DNA from: an uncultured Methanoregulaceae archaeon
Lineage (GTDB): Archaea; Halobacteriota; Methanomicrobia; Methanomicrobiales; Methanospirillaceae
Assembly: GCA_964605795.1 (NCBI GenBank)
Contig: CAZSDZ010000010.1
Span: forward strand, 1,372-65,371
DNA length: 64,000 bases
Direction of reading: 5' to 3'
Made by a program: the position numbers and the translations under genes. The notes under the pieces are model-generated. The model was not told the DNA's origin. It ran no database searches and worked only from the letters and a program-made list of their open reading frames with translations. Each line of letters begins with the position of its first letter. Positions within the stretch are counted from its first letter, which is position 1. Shown here piece by piece: positions 49,211-59,359 of this stretch.

Positions 49211-50089
49211 TTATCGATAGTACGGTTTCCGGAGCCCGACTGCTTTTACAAATGCCTCATCAAGGTCTTTCCCGTGCAATCCGGTCATATCGATAAGGTT
49301 GTCGTTACGCAGGAGGCATGGTTTTAATTTCCCGTCTGATGTTACCCGTAACCGGTTACAATGCATACAGAATTCACTGTTGTGCACGGGACGTACAAAC
49401 TCAATCTGTGCACCATGAAAACAGTACTTCTTCCGATGATGCATTTTTCGTGTCATTATCTCTGTTGTTTCCCGTGCAATACGGGACTCTAAGCGGGATA
49501 CGTCGGCATGGAACGGGCAGCCACCTGACTCCATCAGCTCGATTACCTGAAGAATAAGTCCTCTCTTCCCAGACACATACGCGATAAATGCATCCACATC
49601 GTCTTCGTTAATATCGGCCAGCAGTACCATGTTTATCTTTACCGGGGTCAGGCCTGCCGATAACGCTGCATCTATCCCCTCGAGAACCAGAAAAAGACAA
49701 TTACGACCGGTTATTTTTGCATACGTTTCATGATTGAGACTGTCGATGCTGATATTTATGCGGGATAATCCTGCTGCAGAGAGGTCGGATGCCATCGATG
49801 CGAGTAAAATGCCGTTTGTGGTGATTGACGTCTCGATTTCGGGAGGAACACGGGCGATGATATCAACAATATCAGGTCGTAACAGGGGTTCCCCCCCGGT
49901 GAATTTGATACTTTTAATGCCGAACCTGATGCCCGTCTGTATGATCTCATCGATGGTATCGGCACTCATCATCTCGCTGGGATCCTGTTCGCCTTCCCTG
50001 TGGCAGTAGATACAGGCAAGGTTGCAACTCTTACAAAGACTTATCCGCAGGTTGGTGACCGGCCGGTTGTAGGGATCATACAGGACCAT
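49211..50089 (-). CDS. moaA: GTP 3',8-cyclase MoaA (radical SAM)
   Basis: NLRISL...CNLACIYCH cluster motif and GGEPLLRPD. Confidence 0.9.
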   Translation of the reverse strand: MVLYDPYNRPVTNLRISLCKSCNLACIYCHREGEQDPSEMMSADTIDEIIQTGIRFGIKSIKFTGGEPLLRPDIVDIIARVPPEIETSITTNGILLASMASDLSAAGLSRINISIDSLNHETYAKITGRNCLFLVLEGIDAALSAGLTPVKINMVLLADINEDDVDAFIAYVSGKRGLILQVIELMESGGCPFHADVSRLESRIARETTEIMTRKMHHRKKYCFHGAQIEFVRPVHNSEFCMHCNRLRVTSDGKLKPCLLRNDNLIDMTGLHGKDLDEAFVKAVGLRKPYYR

Positions 50090-50681
50090 TTGAGCCGGTT
50101 TCTCCTGTGTAATACTTTGCGATGATGTAGATCTCGGTACTCCCTTTTCGTGATGTTTTTGCCTTGAATGTTTTTACAGAATAGAATTGTTCCCGCATGA
50201 GCTGCAGCAGTGCCGGGAAGTCTTCCCCCTGAAACGATTTTAGGATCATATTTCCGCCGGATTTCAGAATCCCGGAAGCAAAGGCAAGTGCATCTTCGTT
50301 TAATGCAATGGCACGTGCCTGATCATATGACTTCTGTCCTGACAGATGGGGTGAAGCATCACATACAATGCAACTGACGACGGGAGTCTGCTCTAATACC
50401 TTCTCTTTTATCTTCGGATCGGTAAAATCCCCGGTAATCGTCAGTACCCCGGGCAGAGGAGCTATCGGGTTTATATCGATCCCTATCACAACGCCGTTTG
50501 TGATACCTGAAAGCACCTGAAGCCAGCTCCCCGGAGCCGCTCCCAGGTCAACGACAGAATCGGTATCCCTGATGATGTTGTATTTATGAAGAATCTCTTT
50601 GAGTTTGTAGGCAGCTCGTGAACGGTATCCTTCACGTCGTGCCCGCTCTGAGACCCTGTCCCCGCTGTACTGTGATCCCAT
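50076..50681 (-). CDS. rlmE: 23S rRNA 2'-O-methyltransferase RlmE (FtsJ)
   Basis: YRSRAAYKL and VVDLGAAPGSWLQV motifs. The 3' end overlaps the moaA start by 14 nt. Confidence 0.9.
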   Translation of the reverse strand: MGSQYSGDRVSERARREGYRSRAAYKLKEILHKYNIIRDTDSVVDLGAAPGSWLQVLSGITNGVVIGIDINPIAPLPGVLTITGDFTDPKIKEKVLEQTPVVSCIVCDASPHLSGQKSYDQARAIALNEDALAFASGILKSGGNMILKSFQGEDFPALLQLMREQFYSVKTFKAKTSRKGSTEIYIIAKYYTGETGSNGPV

Positions 50682-50758
50682 TCTTGTACTCCCTCTCTAT
50701 TAACGCCAGGGAAGTCTATTTGTTCTCCCCAACGATAGAGACACATATACCTAATTGT

Positions 50759-50771
50759 ATTAATATATAAA
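50759..50771 (+). promoter_or_regulatory. Candidate TATA box for the pcna-priL transcript
   Basis: TTAATATATAAAG lies about 37 nt upstream of the pcna ATG, with GAGGG 5 nt upstream of the ATG. Position and composition only. Confidence 0.3.
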
Positions 50772-50801
50772 GTCTAAGAGTGACTAATAAAAGAGGGATC
50801 T

Positions 50802-51545
50802 ATGATATTAGCAACAATCAATTCTGAAACCCTGCGGGAATCTATCGAGACGATATCTGCCCTGGTGGTAGAGTGTCGGGTTCATTTTGAGTCAGATCAG
50901 ATGTACGTCAGAGCGGTTGATAGTGCAAATGTTGCAATGGTCTGTCTTCATCTCGATCGTGAGGCATTTATCGACCTTGATGTAACCCAGGGAGAGATTG
51001 GTCTTGATATAGCACGGTTTAAAAATATCTTCTCTATGCTTGGAAAAGCAGAGAAGGTCACCCTTCATCTTCCTGATGGAGAAAACAAGATTAAAGTCAG
51101 TTTCCTCGGGTACCAATATGCCATCACGCTTCTTGAGGCTGCAACTATCAAGAAGGATCCCAATCCCCCCAATATAGAACTGCCCGGTACAATCGTGATA
51201 AAGGGGTCTTATTTATATTCAGCAATCCGGGCAGCAGCAGTCGTTTCAGATAAGGTGTGGTTTGGAATCAGTCCTCAGTCAAAGGGATTTTTTATGAGTG
51301 CAGAAGGGGATAGTGATCACATCAGAAGGGAGTTCTCTAGAGAAGAACTGATCTCTGTCAATGATGCAGATGTCAAGTCTCTCTTCTCCATCGATTATCT
51401 CAAAGAGATGGGAAAGGTCATGAGTAACGCTGATGAGGTGACTATCTCTCTTGGAGCCGATCATCCGATTAAATTTTCCTTTGATATTGCCGGAGGAGCC
51501 GGTCATGTCGAGTACCTGTTAGCACCTCGTATTGAGGCCGAGTGA
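50802..51545 (+). CDS. pcn: DNA polymerase sliding clamp PCNA
   Basis: 247 aa with a two-domain repeat pattern and a C-terminal YLLAPRIE motif typical of archaeal PCNA. Confidence 0.88.
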   Translation: MILATINSETLRESIETISALVVECRVHFESDQMYVRAVDSANVAMVCLHLDREAFIDLDVTQGEIGLDIARFKNIFSMLGKAEKVTLHLPDGENKIKVSFLGYQYAITLLEAATIKKDPNPPNIELPGTIVIKGSYLYSAIRAAAVVSDKVWFGISPQSKGFFMSAEGDSDHIRREFSREELISVNDADVKSLFSIDYLKEMGKVMSNADEVTISLGADHPIKFSFDIAGGAGHVEYLLAPRIEAE

Positions 51546-52573
51546 TGCGGATTGTCCTTGATACAAAAGACCTAGCCAAATATCCTTTTTTAAAAGAATC
51601 ACAACATTTTGTCAGTGATTTTGCCTCTGATCTTGAGTCATTTCTTTCCGGAAATACCGGAAGAATGGTAATAAAACGTGCAGGAGATTGTATCATGAAT
51701 TCATTATTGGTTCATGATGAGAACGATACAAAAACAGATTCCGAAATACCTCCCCATATCGCCATTGCTACCTATGCGGTAACACGCATTCTTGTCTCCT
51801 GTTCGGGCGAGCGGGCTCTTATTGATCGACTGGTAACCTGGCAGACCCGGCAGTTTTACGAGAATATTCTGGAAGAAGATTGGGATATGAAAGTGTTTCT
51901 TGCAGAGCGGGTTGGTATTGATATTACAAGTCCACAGGTACCGGTCAGGGATTATGTTGAGAGTGTCCGCCGTTTGCGTGAGGACCACTGGCGCCTGGTA
52001 AACCGTATCGTCATTCACGGGCTTGTTACCGTTTCAGAGGAAGAGACCGATGTATTCATTCGTGAACGTCTCTGGAATGGTATTCGGGAGCAGCTTCCGT
52101 TACGTGTTCCTGCATCCATCTGCTCACTCCTTGAACCAATCCTTTTACAGGTGCATGATCTCTATCAGAAAAAGATCATGCAGGAGTTCGGCGTTGTTGA
52201 GGAGTCAGCCTATCCTCCCTGTATTCAGGGATTACTGACCGCTCTGGCGTCAGGGGCACATATCACTCATATTGGCAGGTTTGCAGCAACTGCGTTTCTT
52301 CATAATATCGGTATGAAGAATGATACCATTCTTGAGTTATACGGCAGGGCACCTGATTTTAATGTCGAGAAGACGCTATACCAGGTAGATCATATCTCCG
52401 GGGCAGGAGGATTCGGAACCGAGTATATTGCCCCCGGTTGTAGTACCATGAAGACTCATTCTCTCTGTATTAACCCTGATTCTCTCTGCAAATCTGTAAT
52501 TCATCCCCTGTCATACTATAAACAGAAAAAGAAACTTCTGAAGAATCAGAAAAAAATGCCGGAAAAAAAGTAA
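51545..52573 (+). CDS. priL: DNA primase large subunit PriL
   Basis: The C-terminal Fe-S domain cysteines (PPCI, GC..MK...LC....LC) fit PriL. The ATG overlaps the pcna stop (TGATG). Confidence 0.85.
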   Translation: MRIVLDTKDLAKYPFLKESQHFVSDFASDLESFLSGNTGRMVIKRAGDCIMNSLLVHDENDTKTDSEIPPHIAIATYAVTRILVSCSGERALIDRLVTWQTRQFYENILEEDWDMKVFLAERVGIDITSPQVPVRDYVESVRRLREDHWRLVNRIVIHGLVTVSEEETDVFIRERLWNGIREQLPLRVPASICSLLEPILLQVHDLYQKKIMQEFGVVEESAYPPCIQGLLTALASGAHITHIGRFAATAFLHNIGMKNDTILELYGRAPDFNVEKTLYQVDHISGAGGFGTEYIAPGCSTMKTHSLCINPDSLCKSVIHPLSYYKQKKKLLKNQKKMPEKK

Positions 52574-52607
52574 TGGCTGATCAGCCTTTTTAGCATCAAT
52601 ATTGGAT

Positions 52608-52784
52608 TCAGGCTGGAACTTTCCTGATGAGAAAACCGCCAATACTTATTATCAGTAGGAATAGTAACAATCCGATGAGGTAAGCGTAATTTGGAGAAAA
52701 AAGGATTGGCATTACCAGGAATAACAACACAAGTGCAATAATACTGATAATTCCCACCAGTACATCTAGCATCCATCGTTTCAT
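52608..52784 (-). CDS. Small 2-TM membrane protein (58 aa), not in the supplied ORF track
   Basis: Hand translation of the minus strand gives MKRWMLDVLVGIISIIALVLLFLVMPILFSPNYAYLIGLLLFLLIISIGGFLIRKVPA. GGAGGAGG lies about 15 nt upstream. More protein-like than the overlapping listed ORF 52546..52776. Confidence 0.4.
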   Translation of the reverse strand: MKRWMLDVLVGIISIIALVLLFLVMPILFSPNYAYLIGLLLFLLIISIGGFLIRKVPA

Positions 52785-52865
52785 GATGACGTATATGTTC
52801 CTCCTCCTTTTAGAAAAGATAATCGGAACGGTTCCGATGAATTCATCCGCGTATCAGTCACATGC

Positions 52866-53444
52866 ATGGATATGGGTGAAAGAGAGCGGGATGAGGTGGG
52901 AAAGGTATTAATGAGTGCGTTTTTGCAGATGAGAGAATGTGTGACTATCAATGGTATCCCAAACGATCCCTTTGTTCTGCTATATGCCCTCCCGAAAGCA
53001 AAAGGACCTGAAGATGTTGCCGGTATCAAGAGAGAGTGCCTTATGGAAGAAAAAGAAGAAAACACGAATTTTGGGTACTCGTTTCATGTTGATACTCCTC
53101 TGAGTCACGCTCTTTTATCGGTACTGAGATTTGATCCTGATATCAGGTCTGCAGCAGGGATGGCGTATTTTGCATCTCTCCCCGAGATACTTGATGAGAT
53201 GCTGTATGATGTCAGGTACACCGGAGATAGTTTGAAGCGATCTGATACATCTCTTCTTGATTTTTCCGTAGCCTCCTGCTGCAGGAAGAATGATGTTCCT
53301 GATCTCATTATTACCCGCAGTCATGGAAGAGCAGGAGCAGTCTGGCTGTTTGGAGAGAATCCTCGTGAGGTTGTGACAAGTCTTATTAAGATCTCAGGAC
53401 GCATTAATAATACTACTAGTGAGGATACCAGGAATGGGAATTAA
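52866..53444 (+). CDS. ThiN-like (thiamine-phosphate synthase family, COG1992) domain protein
   Basis: ALP.A....DVAGI, SHALLSVLRFDPDIRSAAGM and PDLII..S.GR....WLFGENPREVV resemble the ThiN domain. The start may be internal (about 52911). Confidence 0.55.
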   Translation: MDMGERERDEVGKVLMSAFLQMRECVTINGIPNDPFVLLYALPKAKGPEDVAGIKRECLMEEKEENTNFGYSFHVDTPLSHALLSVLRFDPDIRSAAGMAYFASLPEILDEMLYDVRYTGDSLKRSDTSLLDFSVASCCRKNDVPDLIITRSHGRAGAVWLFGENPREVVTSLIKISGRINNTTSEDTRNGN

Positions 53445-53625
53445 ACCGACTTATATTAAAGCGATCGGATCAGATCTTCTTAAAGATCATAACGAGCATT
53501 TCAGTGGCGATTTTGAACAGAACAAGGTTGCAGTGGCGAAAACGACGAATATTGTGAGCAAACGTGTTCGCAATCGTGTTGCCGGATATATTACCAGAAA
53601 AGTAAATACGAAAAGAATCTCATAA
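53434..53625 (+). CDS. rps17e: 30S ribosomal protein S17e
   Basis: MGIKPTYIK.....L.........F..NK......T...SKRVRNRVAGYITR matches S17e. ATG at 53434. Confidence 0.9.
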   Translation: MGIKPTYIKAIGSDLLKDHNEHFSGDFEQNKVAVAKTTNIVSKRVRNRVAGYITRKVNTKRIS

Positions 53626-53633
53626 CTACCTTC

Positions 53634-54509
53634 ATGTTTGAAGGGATTCTTCCTGCAATTATCACTCCTTTTAAGAGGAATCCCTCAATGGATCTTGATC
53701 TTGAGGGATTACGCTCAAACATTTCTTCATTGCTTGATTCGGGAGTGCACGGTATCGTACCTTGTGGTTCAACCGGGGAGTCTGCAACCCTCGATTTCTC
53801 TGAGCATGAGAAGGTGATAGAGGTCACCCTTGATGAGGTGAACGGGAAGGTCCCGGTTGTAGCAGGAACCGGTTCGAACAACACGAGTGAGGCGCTCAGG
53901 CTTACCCGTGCTGCGCGAGATATGGGTGTTGATGGTGTTCTTGCAATCAGTCCTTATTATAACAAACCGAACCGGACCGGCCTTGTCAGACATTACCAGG
54001 CCCTGGCTGACTGTGACGTTCCGGTCGTGATGTACAATGTTCCCGGGAGGACCGGACAGAACCTCCCGCCGTCATGGGTCGCAGAACTGGCTTGTCATCC
54101 AAACATCGTTGCGATAAAGGAAGCAAGTGGTGATATCAACCAGATATCCCAGGTTATCGAGATGACCCGCGATGAGGATTTCTCCGTGATATCGGGAGAT
54201 GATACCATGACCCTGCCGATGATGTCCCTTGGAGCAGTTGGTGTCATATCGGTGGCAGCAAATATCGCACCAACGCAGATGATCGATCTCTACCAGTCTT
54301 TTGTCAGGGGGGACTACGAAAGGGCACGGGCGATTCATTTTGCGATTTCACCCCTAATTCGGGCCTTATTTGCGGAGTCAAATCCGATACCCGTGAAGAA
54401 GGCTGCAGAACTACGCGGTTTTGCAGGAGGTCCGGTCAGGCTGCCTCTTGCAGAGGCAGGGGAAGAGACCGTTGCACTCCTTACGGAGGTGCTTGCCGGG
54501 TATGACTGA
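53634..54509 (+). CDS. dapA: 4-hydroxy-tetrahydrodipicolinate synthase
   Basis: Motifs GSTGE, GTGSNNT and YNVPGRTG; 291 aa. Confidence 0.93.
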   Translation: MFEGILPAIITPFKRNPSMDLDLEGLRSNISSLLDSGVHGIVPCGSTGESATLDFSEHEKVIEVTLDEVNGKVPVVAGTGSNNTSEALRLTRAARDMGVDGVLAISPYYNKPNRTGLVRHYQALADCDVPVVMYNVPGRTGQNLPPSWVAELACHPNIVAIKEASGDINQISQVIEMTRDEDFSVISGDDTMTLPMMSLGAVGVISVAANIAPTQMIDLYQSFVRGDYERARAIHFAISPLIRALFAESNPIPVKKAAELRGFAGGPVRLPLAEAGEETVALLTEVLAGYD

Positions 54510-55284
54510 GATAAAAGTTCTTATCTGCGGTGCGATGGGCAGGATGGGGATGACCATCGGTAACCTCGTCACCCAGACGACGGATTTGAGACTGGTCGGG
54601 GGAGTTGATATCAGATCCGGTGAGGTGTTTGGTGTTCCGGTTGTTGAGAAGACACAGATGCGTGATCTCATCAGCAAAACAAAACCTGATGTGGTGATTG
54701 ATTTTACCATCGCCCATGCTGCTGTCGAGAATGTTCCGGTTGCAGCCGCGATGGGATGCGCAATTATTCTCGGTACAACCGGGCTTACTCTTGAGCAGAA
54801 AAAAATAATCAGTGATGCCATCATTGCAGGAAACGTTCCTGCAGTTATTTCAACAAACTATAGTATCGGGATGAATATCTTCTGGGACCTAGTCAGAAAA
54901 GCGGCGCAGAAGCTGTATGAATATGATGTTGAGGTGACCGAGGCTCATCACCGGTATAAAAAGGATGCACCTTCAGGAACAGCACGAACGATTCTTGAGA
55001 TCCTGCAGGAGGAACTTGGCCCCCGGGAGGAGATCTTCGGACGTGAGGGTATGATGGAGCGGGGACATGAGATTGGTGTGCATGTCATCCGTGGCGGGGA
55101 TATTGTCGGGGATCATAATGTTTTATTTGCAGGCAATTATGAGACGATATCCCTCTCACATCGGGCATATGATCGTGCGGTTTTTGCCCAGGGAGTGCTG
55201 AAATCTGCACGATGGGTTGTTACCCAGAAACCCGGAATATACGGAATGAGAGATGTACTGGGTCTCTTAAAGGCAGTACCCTAA
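54502..55284 (+). CDS. dapB: 4-hydroxy-tetrahydrodipicolinate reductase
   Basis: GAMGRMG dinucleotide fold and EAHHRYKKDAPSGTA signature. ATG at 54502 overlaps the dapA end. Confidence 0.93.
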   Translation: MTEIKVLICGAMGRMGMTIGNLVTQTTDLRLVGGVDIRSGEVFGVPVVEKTQMRDLISKTKPDVVIDFTIAHAAVENVPVAAAMGCAIILGTTGLTLEQKKIISDAIIAGNVPAVISTNYSIGMNIFWDLVRKAAQKLYEYDVEVTEAHHRYKKDAPSGTARTILEILQEELGPREEIFGREGMMERGHEIGVHVIRGGDIVGDHNVLFAGNYETISLSHRAYDRAVFAQGVLKSARWVVTQKPGIYGMRDVLGLLKAVP

Positions 55285-55333
55285 ACCGAAACGCATTTGT
55301 AATCTGGTTTAACTACATATAGGAGATCATATC

Positions 55334-55507
55334 ATGGTAGTAATTATTGATAAAGAGAAATGTACCGGCTGTGAAACCTGTGTTGATGAATGCCCGGCAT
55401 CAGCAATAACCATGAAGGACGAGAAGGCTGTTGTGGATAATGACCTCTGTGTCGATTGTGGCAGTTGTGTTGATGTCTGTCCGTCAGAAGCGATCTCCAT
55501 GGAATAG
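55334..55507 (+). CDS. 2x[4Fe-4S] ferredoxin (57 aa), not in the supplied ORF track
   Basis: Hand translation gives MVVIIDKEKCTGCETCVDECPASAITMKDEKAVVDNDLCVDCGSCVDVCPSEAISME, with two CxxCxxCxxxCP motifs. AGGAG lies 9 nt upstream of the ATG. Confidence 0.85.
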   Translation: MVVIIDKEKCTGCETCVDECPASAITMKDEKAVVDNDLCVDCGSCVDVCPSEAISME

Positions 55508-55550
55508 ATTTTAAGAATCTTTAATAGTTTACATGCCGGATCTATCCGGT

Positions 55551-56567
55551 ATGATATCAGTGGGAGTCCTTGGGGCGACCGGTGCGGTTGGTCAGCGTTT
55601 TGTCCAGCTTCTGGCCGGTCATCCTTTTTTTGATCTGCAGGTTTTGACGGCATCACAACGAAGTGCCGGTAAGAAATATCGTGACGCGGTAAACTGGCGA
55701 CTTGATGTTCCGTTTCCTGAAACGACTGCCGATATTGTCGTATCAGATACGACAACAGAGAGCCTGAAAGGGGTTGATCTCGTCTTTTCTGCCCTTCCTG
55801 CAGATCTTGCCGGAACGATCGAGACTGCCTGCGCCCAGGCAGGTATTGGTGTCTTTAGTAACGCCAGTGTTCACCGGATGGAGCCCGATGTACCTCTCAT
55901 GGTTACCGAAGTAAACCCGGATCATATCGGGATGATCGACCTTCAGCGGGATCATGGGATGGACGGGTTTATCGTTACCAACCCGAACTGCTCGACCATC
56001 ATGCTTACGATGTCACTTGCACCAATTCGCGGGTTTTCATTCCATGATATCAGGGTTGCGACCATGCAGGCGATATCAGGGGCAGGTTTTGAAGGTATCC
56101 CTGCGATGTCAATCTATGATAACGTGGTTCCCTATATCGGCTCCGAGGAGGAGAAGATGGAGCGGGAGACGTTAAAGATCATGGGGACCTTTAATGGTTC
56201 AGAGGTTATCCCGGCTCCGTTTACCGTCAGTGCCAGTTGTCACCGCGTTCCGGTTATCGATGGTCATACCATGGCAGTCTGGATCGATATCCCTGATCCG
56301 GTATCTGACGTTGCTGCTGCCTACCAGAACTACAAGGCTCCCCTCAGCAATCTGCCCACTTTGCCACCCAAATCCGTTGATTTCATGGAGGAACAGGATC
56401 GCCCGCAACCCCGTCTCGACCGGTTAAAAGGAAACGGTATGACCGTATCGGTGGGACGGCTCAGGGAAGGTATCCGGTATATCACCATGGGTCATAATAC
56501 CATCCGTGGTGCTGCAGGAGCATCGGTTCTGAATGCTGAACTTATTCACACAAAGAAGTACATCTAA
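55551..56567 (+). CDS. asd: Aspartate-semialdehyde dehydrogenase
   Basis: [13 protein letters not shown] and NPNCSTI (active-site Cys). ATG at 55551 preferred, 55533 possible. Confidence 0.93.
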   Translation: MISVGVLGATGAVGQRFVQLLAGHPFFDLQVLTASQRSAGKKYRDAVNWRLDVPFPETTADIVVSDTTTESLKGVDLVFSALPADLAGTIETACAQAGIGVFSNASVHRMEPDVPLMVTEVNPDHIGMIDLQRDHGMDGFIVTNPNCSTIMLTMSLAPIRGFSFHDIRVATMQAISGAGFEGIPAMSIYDNVVPYIGSEEEKMERETLKIMGTFNGSEVIPAPFTVSASCHRVPVIDGHTMAVWIDIPDPVSDVAAAYQNYKAPLSNLPTLPPKSVDFMEEQDRPQPRLDRLKGNGMTVSVGRLREGIRYITMGHNTIRGAAGASVLNAELIHTKKYI

Positions 56568-56604
56568 ACGCCAGGATTACCGTGACACACACAGAGGCAT
56601 ACCA

Positions 56605-56907
56605 GTGACTACAGAAGAAGATAACACGGTTTTTGTCGGGAATAAACCGGTTATGAACTACGTACTAGCAGTTGTGACGCAATTTAACAATGGTGCAGAG
56701 ACCGTGTCAATCAAGGCCCGTGGTAAAGCTATCTCACGGGCTGTTGATACAACCGAGATAGCAATAAGCAGGTTTCTTCAGAATGTTGAGAAGAGAGAGA
56801 TCACCACGACGACCGAGGTCGTGGATACCGAGAATGGAAAGACGAATGTTTCCTGTATCGAGATTGTTCTCGGTAACCGGATGCATCTCTCTGAATCTTC
56901 CTTGTAA
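56605..56907 (+). CDS. albA: Chromatin / RNA-binding protein Alba
   Basis: [35 protein letters not shown] matches Alba. A probable GTG start at 56605 gives about 100 aa. Confidence 0.88.
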   Translation: MTTEEDNTVFVGNKPVMNYVLAVVTQFNNGAETVSIKARGKAISRAVDTTEIAISRFLQNVEKREITTTTEVVDTENGKTNVSCIEIVLGNRMHLSESSL

Positions 56908-57105
56908 CGGTGAAAACAGTCATATTTTTCAATCAGACAATTTTTATGCATGAACCCCGGGTTTTGGGATACCATATCGGGGATCTCTTTTCTTTCAGGC
57001 AGGGATTGGAAAGACTAAGTCTTGTGCTTATGATTAAATAGGTAGTAATCGATCACTACTGAGCACGTATCGCCCCAATACGGGTTTTTCTTTAGCCTAG
57101 ATATC

Positions 57106-58329
57106 ATGATTACCACGATTCCTATCATCGGGTTTGGTCTATTGGTTCTTATCGGGAACCTCTTAAAAAAGGCATTTGTAACAAAAAAGATACCTGATGT
57201 CATCATCCTCATTGGAATCGGGGTACTCATCGGTCCGGTCTTCGGGTTTATCGCTCCAGAGGATCTTGGGATTGTCGGACCTGTTTTTGCGACAGCAACC
57301 CTTGTGATTCTCCTTTTTGACGGTGGAATTGCGTTGCAGGTGCGTGTCATTATGGGTGCTCTCAGGAATGCTATCCTGCTCTCATTCTCTACCTTTTTGA
57401 TGACCGTTATCATTGCTGCAGGTCTCTTTATGGCAGTATTTCATGTTGACCAGATTACCGGACTTATCTTTGGGTGTGTGATTGGAGGATCTTCCTCGGC
57501 CGTTGTTATCCCTCTTGTCAGGGAACTGTCTGTTTCTGAGAGCACGAAAACAACGCTCATGATTGAGTCTGCGTTGACCGATGTATACTGTATCGTATCG
57601 GTTTTAAGCCTGCTTGAACTGTACCAGAGTGCCGTTTTTGATATTCCGCTGGTCTTCCTTCAGATAGGATCCAGTTTCTTTGTTGCGATAGGAGCCGGTT
57701 CTGTCGCAGGAGTCATCTGGGTACTCTTCAGGGATAAGGTACGGCCGGTAGAGTCAGTATTCACCGTCCCGGCAGTGGTATGCATTCTGTACGGGATTAC
57801 CGAACTCATGAACGGGTCCGGTGCAATCGCTGTACTGTTCTTTGGTATTATTCTCGGTAATGCAAACCTCTTAAACGCAATTTTCAGGGAGAAAGAGAAA
57901 CCGCCGCTTAAGAATCTGAGTGCGGGTGAGGTTGAGTTATTTAACCAGATATCGGATCTCCTAAAGACGTTTTATTTTATCTTTGTCGGAATCTCCCTCC
58001 GGATGGCAACTCCGATCTTTATTGCGTTCTGTGCATTGCTCGTGGTCATTCTCCATGTCTTTCGGATTCCCTGTGTTATCGGTTCAGTATTTCCCCCGAA
58101 TTCAGAGGACCGGTGGATCGTGGTTGCCATGATACCGAAAGGACTTGCAGCGGCAGTTCTTGCTTCAATAGTGGTACTCTATGACATTCCCCATGCCGAA
58201 CTGATAGAGACGCTTGCATATTTTGTAATTATTTTCAGTATCCTGTCAGCCTCGGTTATCGCGTTTGTTTCTGAAAGGAAAAGAAAAAAGAGAGAAGAAA
58301 AGACTGAGATCGCGTTTCCGTCTGTGTGA
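57106..58329 (+). CDS. Cation:proton antiporter (Na+/H+ exchanger family)
   Basis: About 11 TM helices and an LLFDGGI motif typical of the CPA family. Confidence 0.8.
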   Translation: MITTIPIIGFGLLVLIGNLLKKAFVTKKIPDVIILIGIGVLIGPVFGFIAPEDLGIVGPVFATATLVILLFDGGIALQVRVIMGALRNAILLSFSTFLMTVIIAAGLFMAVFHVDQITGLIFGCVIGGSSSAVVIPLVRELSVSESTKTTLMIESALTDVYCIVSVLSLLELYQSAVFDIPLVFLQIGSSFFVAIGAGSVAGVIWVLFRDKVRPVESVFTVPAVVCILYGITELMNGSGAIAVLFFGIILGNANLLNAIFREKEKPPLKNLSAGEVELFNQISDLLKTFYFIFVGISLRMATPIFIAFCALLVVILHVFRIPCVIGSVFPPNSEDRWIVVAMIPKGLAAAVLASIVVLYDIPHAELIETLAYFVIIFSILSASVIAFVSERKRKKREEKTEIAFPSV

Positions 58330-58492
58330 GAATTCCTCTTGTTTTTCTCTCTTATTTTTAAGATTACTGGTGATTAGTGTTCGCGAGCGGAAATAGGGGT
58401 ATGTCAGGTATGATGTCTGCTCCGATCCCTATGGGATACAACAGAGAAGGGATCTCTTAATTCTTACAGAAGGAAAAAAGGGATTAAAAAAT

Positions 58493-59359
58493 TCATCCGG
58501 CAACCGGTGGGAATTCAGGACAATCACACGCTGCCAGGCTGCCTGATTCCAGTCCCCGGGTAAACCATTCCATCCGTTGTGCAGACGTCCCATGGGTAAA
58601 GGAGTCGGGTACTACGTATCCCTGTACCTGTTTCTGGATGCGATCGTCACCGACAGAACTGACGGCATTCAATCCTTCCTCGATGTCACCTGCTTCCAGG
58701 ATGAGATCCTGGTTCTGTGCCTGGTTTGCCCACACTCCGGCATAGCAGTCTGCCTGAAGTTCCAGGGCAACGGAAAGCTGATTTGCATCGGCCCTGCTGA
58801 CCATGCCTGCCAGTCTTCTCTCGTACGGCAGGGTTCCGACAATATTCTGGATGTGATGCCCGACTTCATGTGCTATCACATATGCCTGTGCGAAATCACC
58901 GGGGGCGTGATAGCGCTTTTCCAGATCATGGAAGAAATCGAGATCCAGATAGACTTTTTCATCCCCGGAACAGTAGAACGGGCCGGTGGCAGAACTGGCA
59001 TAACCGCATGCAGAATCCACGGATCCTGAAAATATTACAAGTTTTGGTTCACGATACCGGATCCCAAGTTCGTTTCGTAATATCCTGTCCCAGGTTGTTT
59101 CGGTATCCCCAAGCACAAGAGTAATGAAATCTACAAGCCGGTCCTGTTCTTCTCTCGAGTATGGTGACTCCTGCCATCCTGAATCAATTGATTGATCAGA
59201 AATCTCGAGGAGCTGGGTTGGATCCATACCGAGTGCTATTGCTATTATGAGAATAACAAGGAGTGAAAGACCCCCGAGACCTCCGGCTGATCCCCCGGGA
59301 ATCCGGGCTGCTCTCCTGTCTTCTACATTCGCGCTTCTTCTTCCTTTCTGCCATTTCAT
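58493..59359 (-). CDS. Neutral zinc metallopeptidase, YpfJ family
   Basis: N-terminal W..GRRS.NVEDRR followed by a TM helix, and HEVGHH zinc motif. Confidence 0.85.
   Translation of the reverse strand: MKWQKGRRSANVEDRRAARIPGGSAGGLGGLSLLVILIIAIALGMDPTQLLEISDQSIDSGWQESPYSREEQDRLVDFITLVLGDTETTWDRILRNELGIRYREPKLVIFSGSVDSACGYASSATGPFYCSGDEKVYLDLDFFHDLEKRYHAPGDFAQAYVIAHEVGHHIQNIVGTLPYERRLAGMVSRADANQLSVALELQADCYAGVWANQAQNQDLILEAGDIEEGLNAVSSVGDDRIQKQVQGYVVPDSFTHGTSAQRMEWFTRGLESGSLAACDCPEFPPVAG

Noticed and set aside
52546-52776. 76-aa minus-strand ORF listed in the track. A related case is the 94-aa ORF 52781..53065.
   Set aside because: A different frame on the same strand gives a much more plausible 58-aa membrane protein. 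The 94-aa ORF is Ser-rich and antisense to the ThiN-like gene.
55327-55755. 142-aa minus-strand ORF spanning the dapB-asd gap.
   Set aside because: It is antisense to a textbook 2x[4Fe-4S] ferredoxin ORF and to the asd 5' end, and shows no protein-like features.
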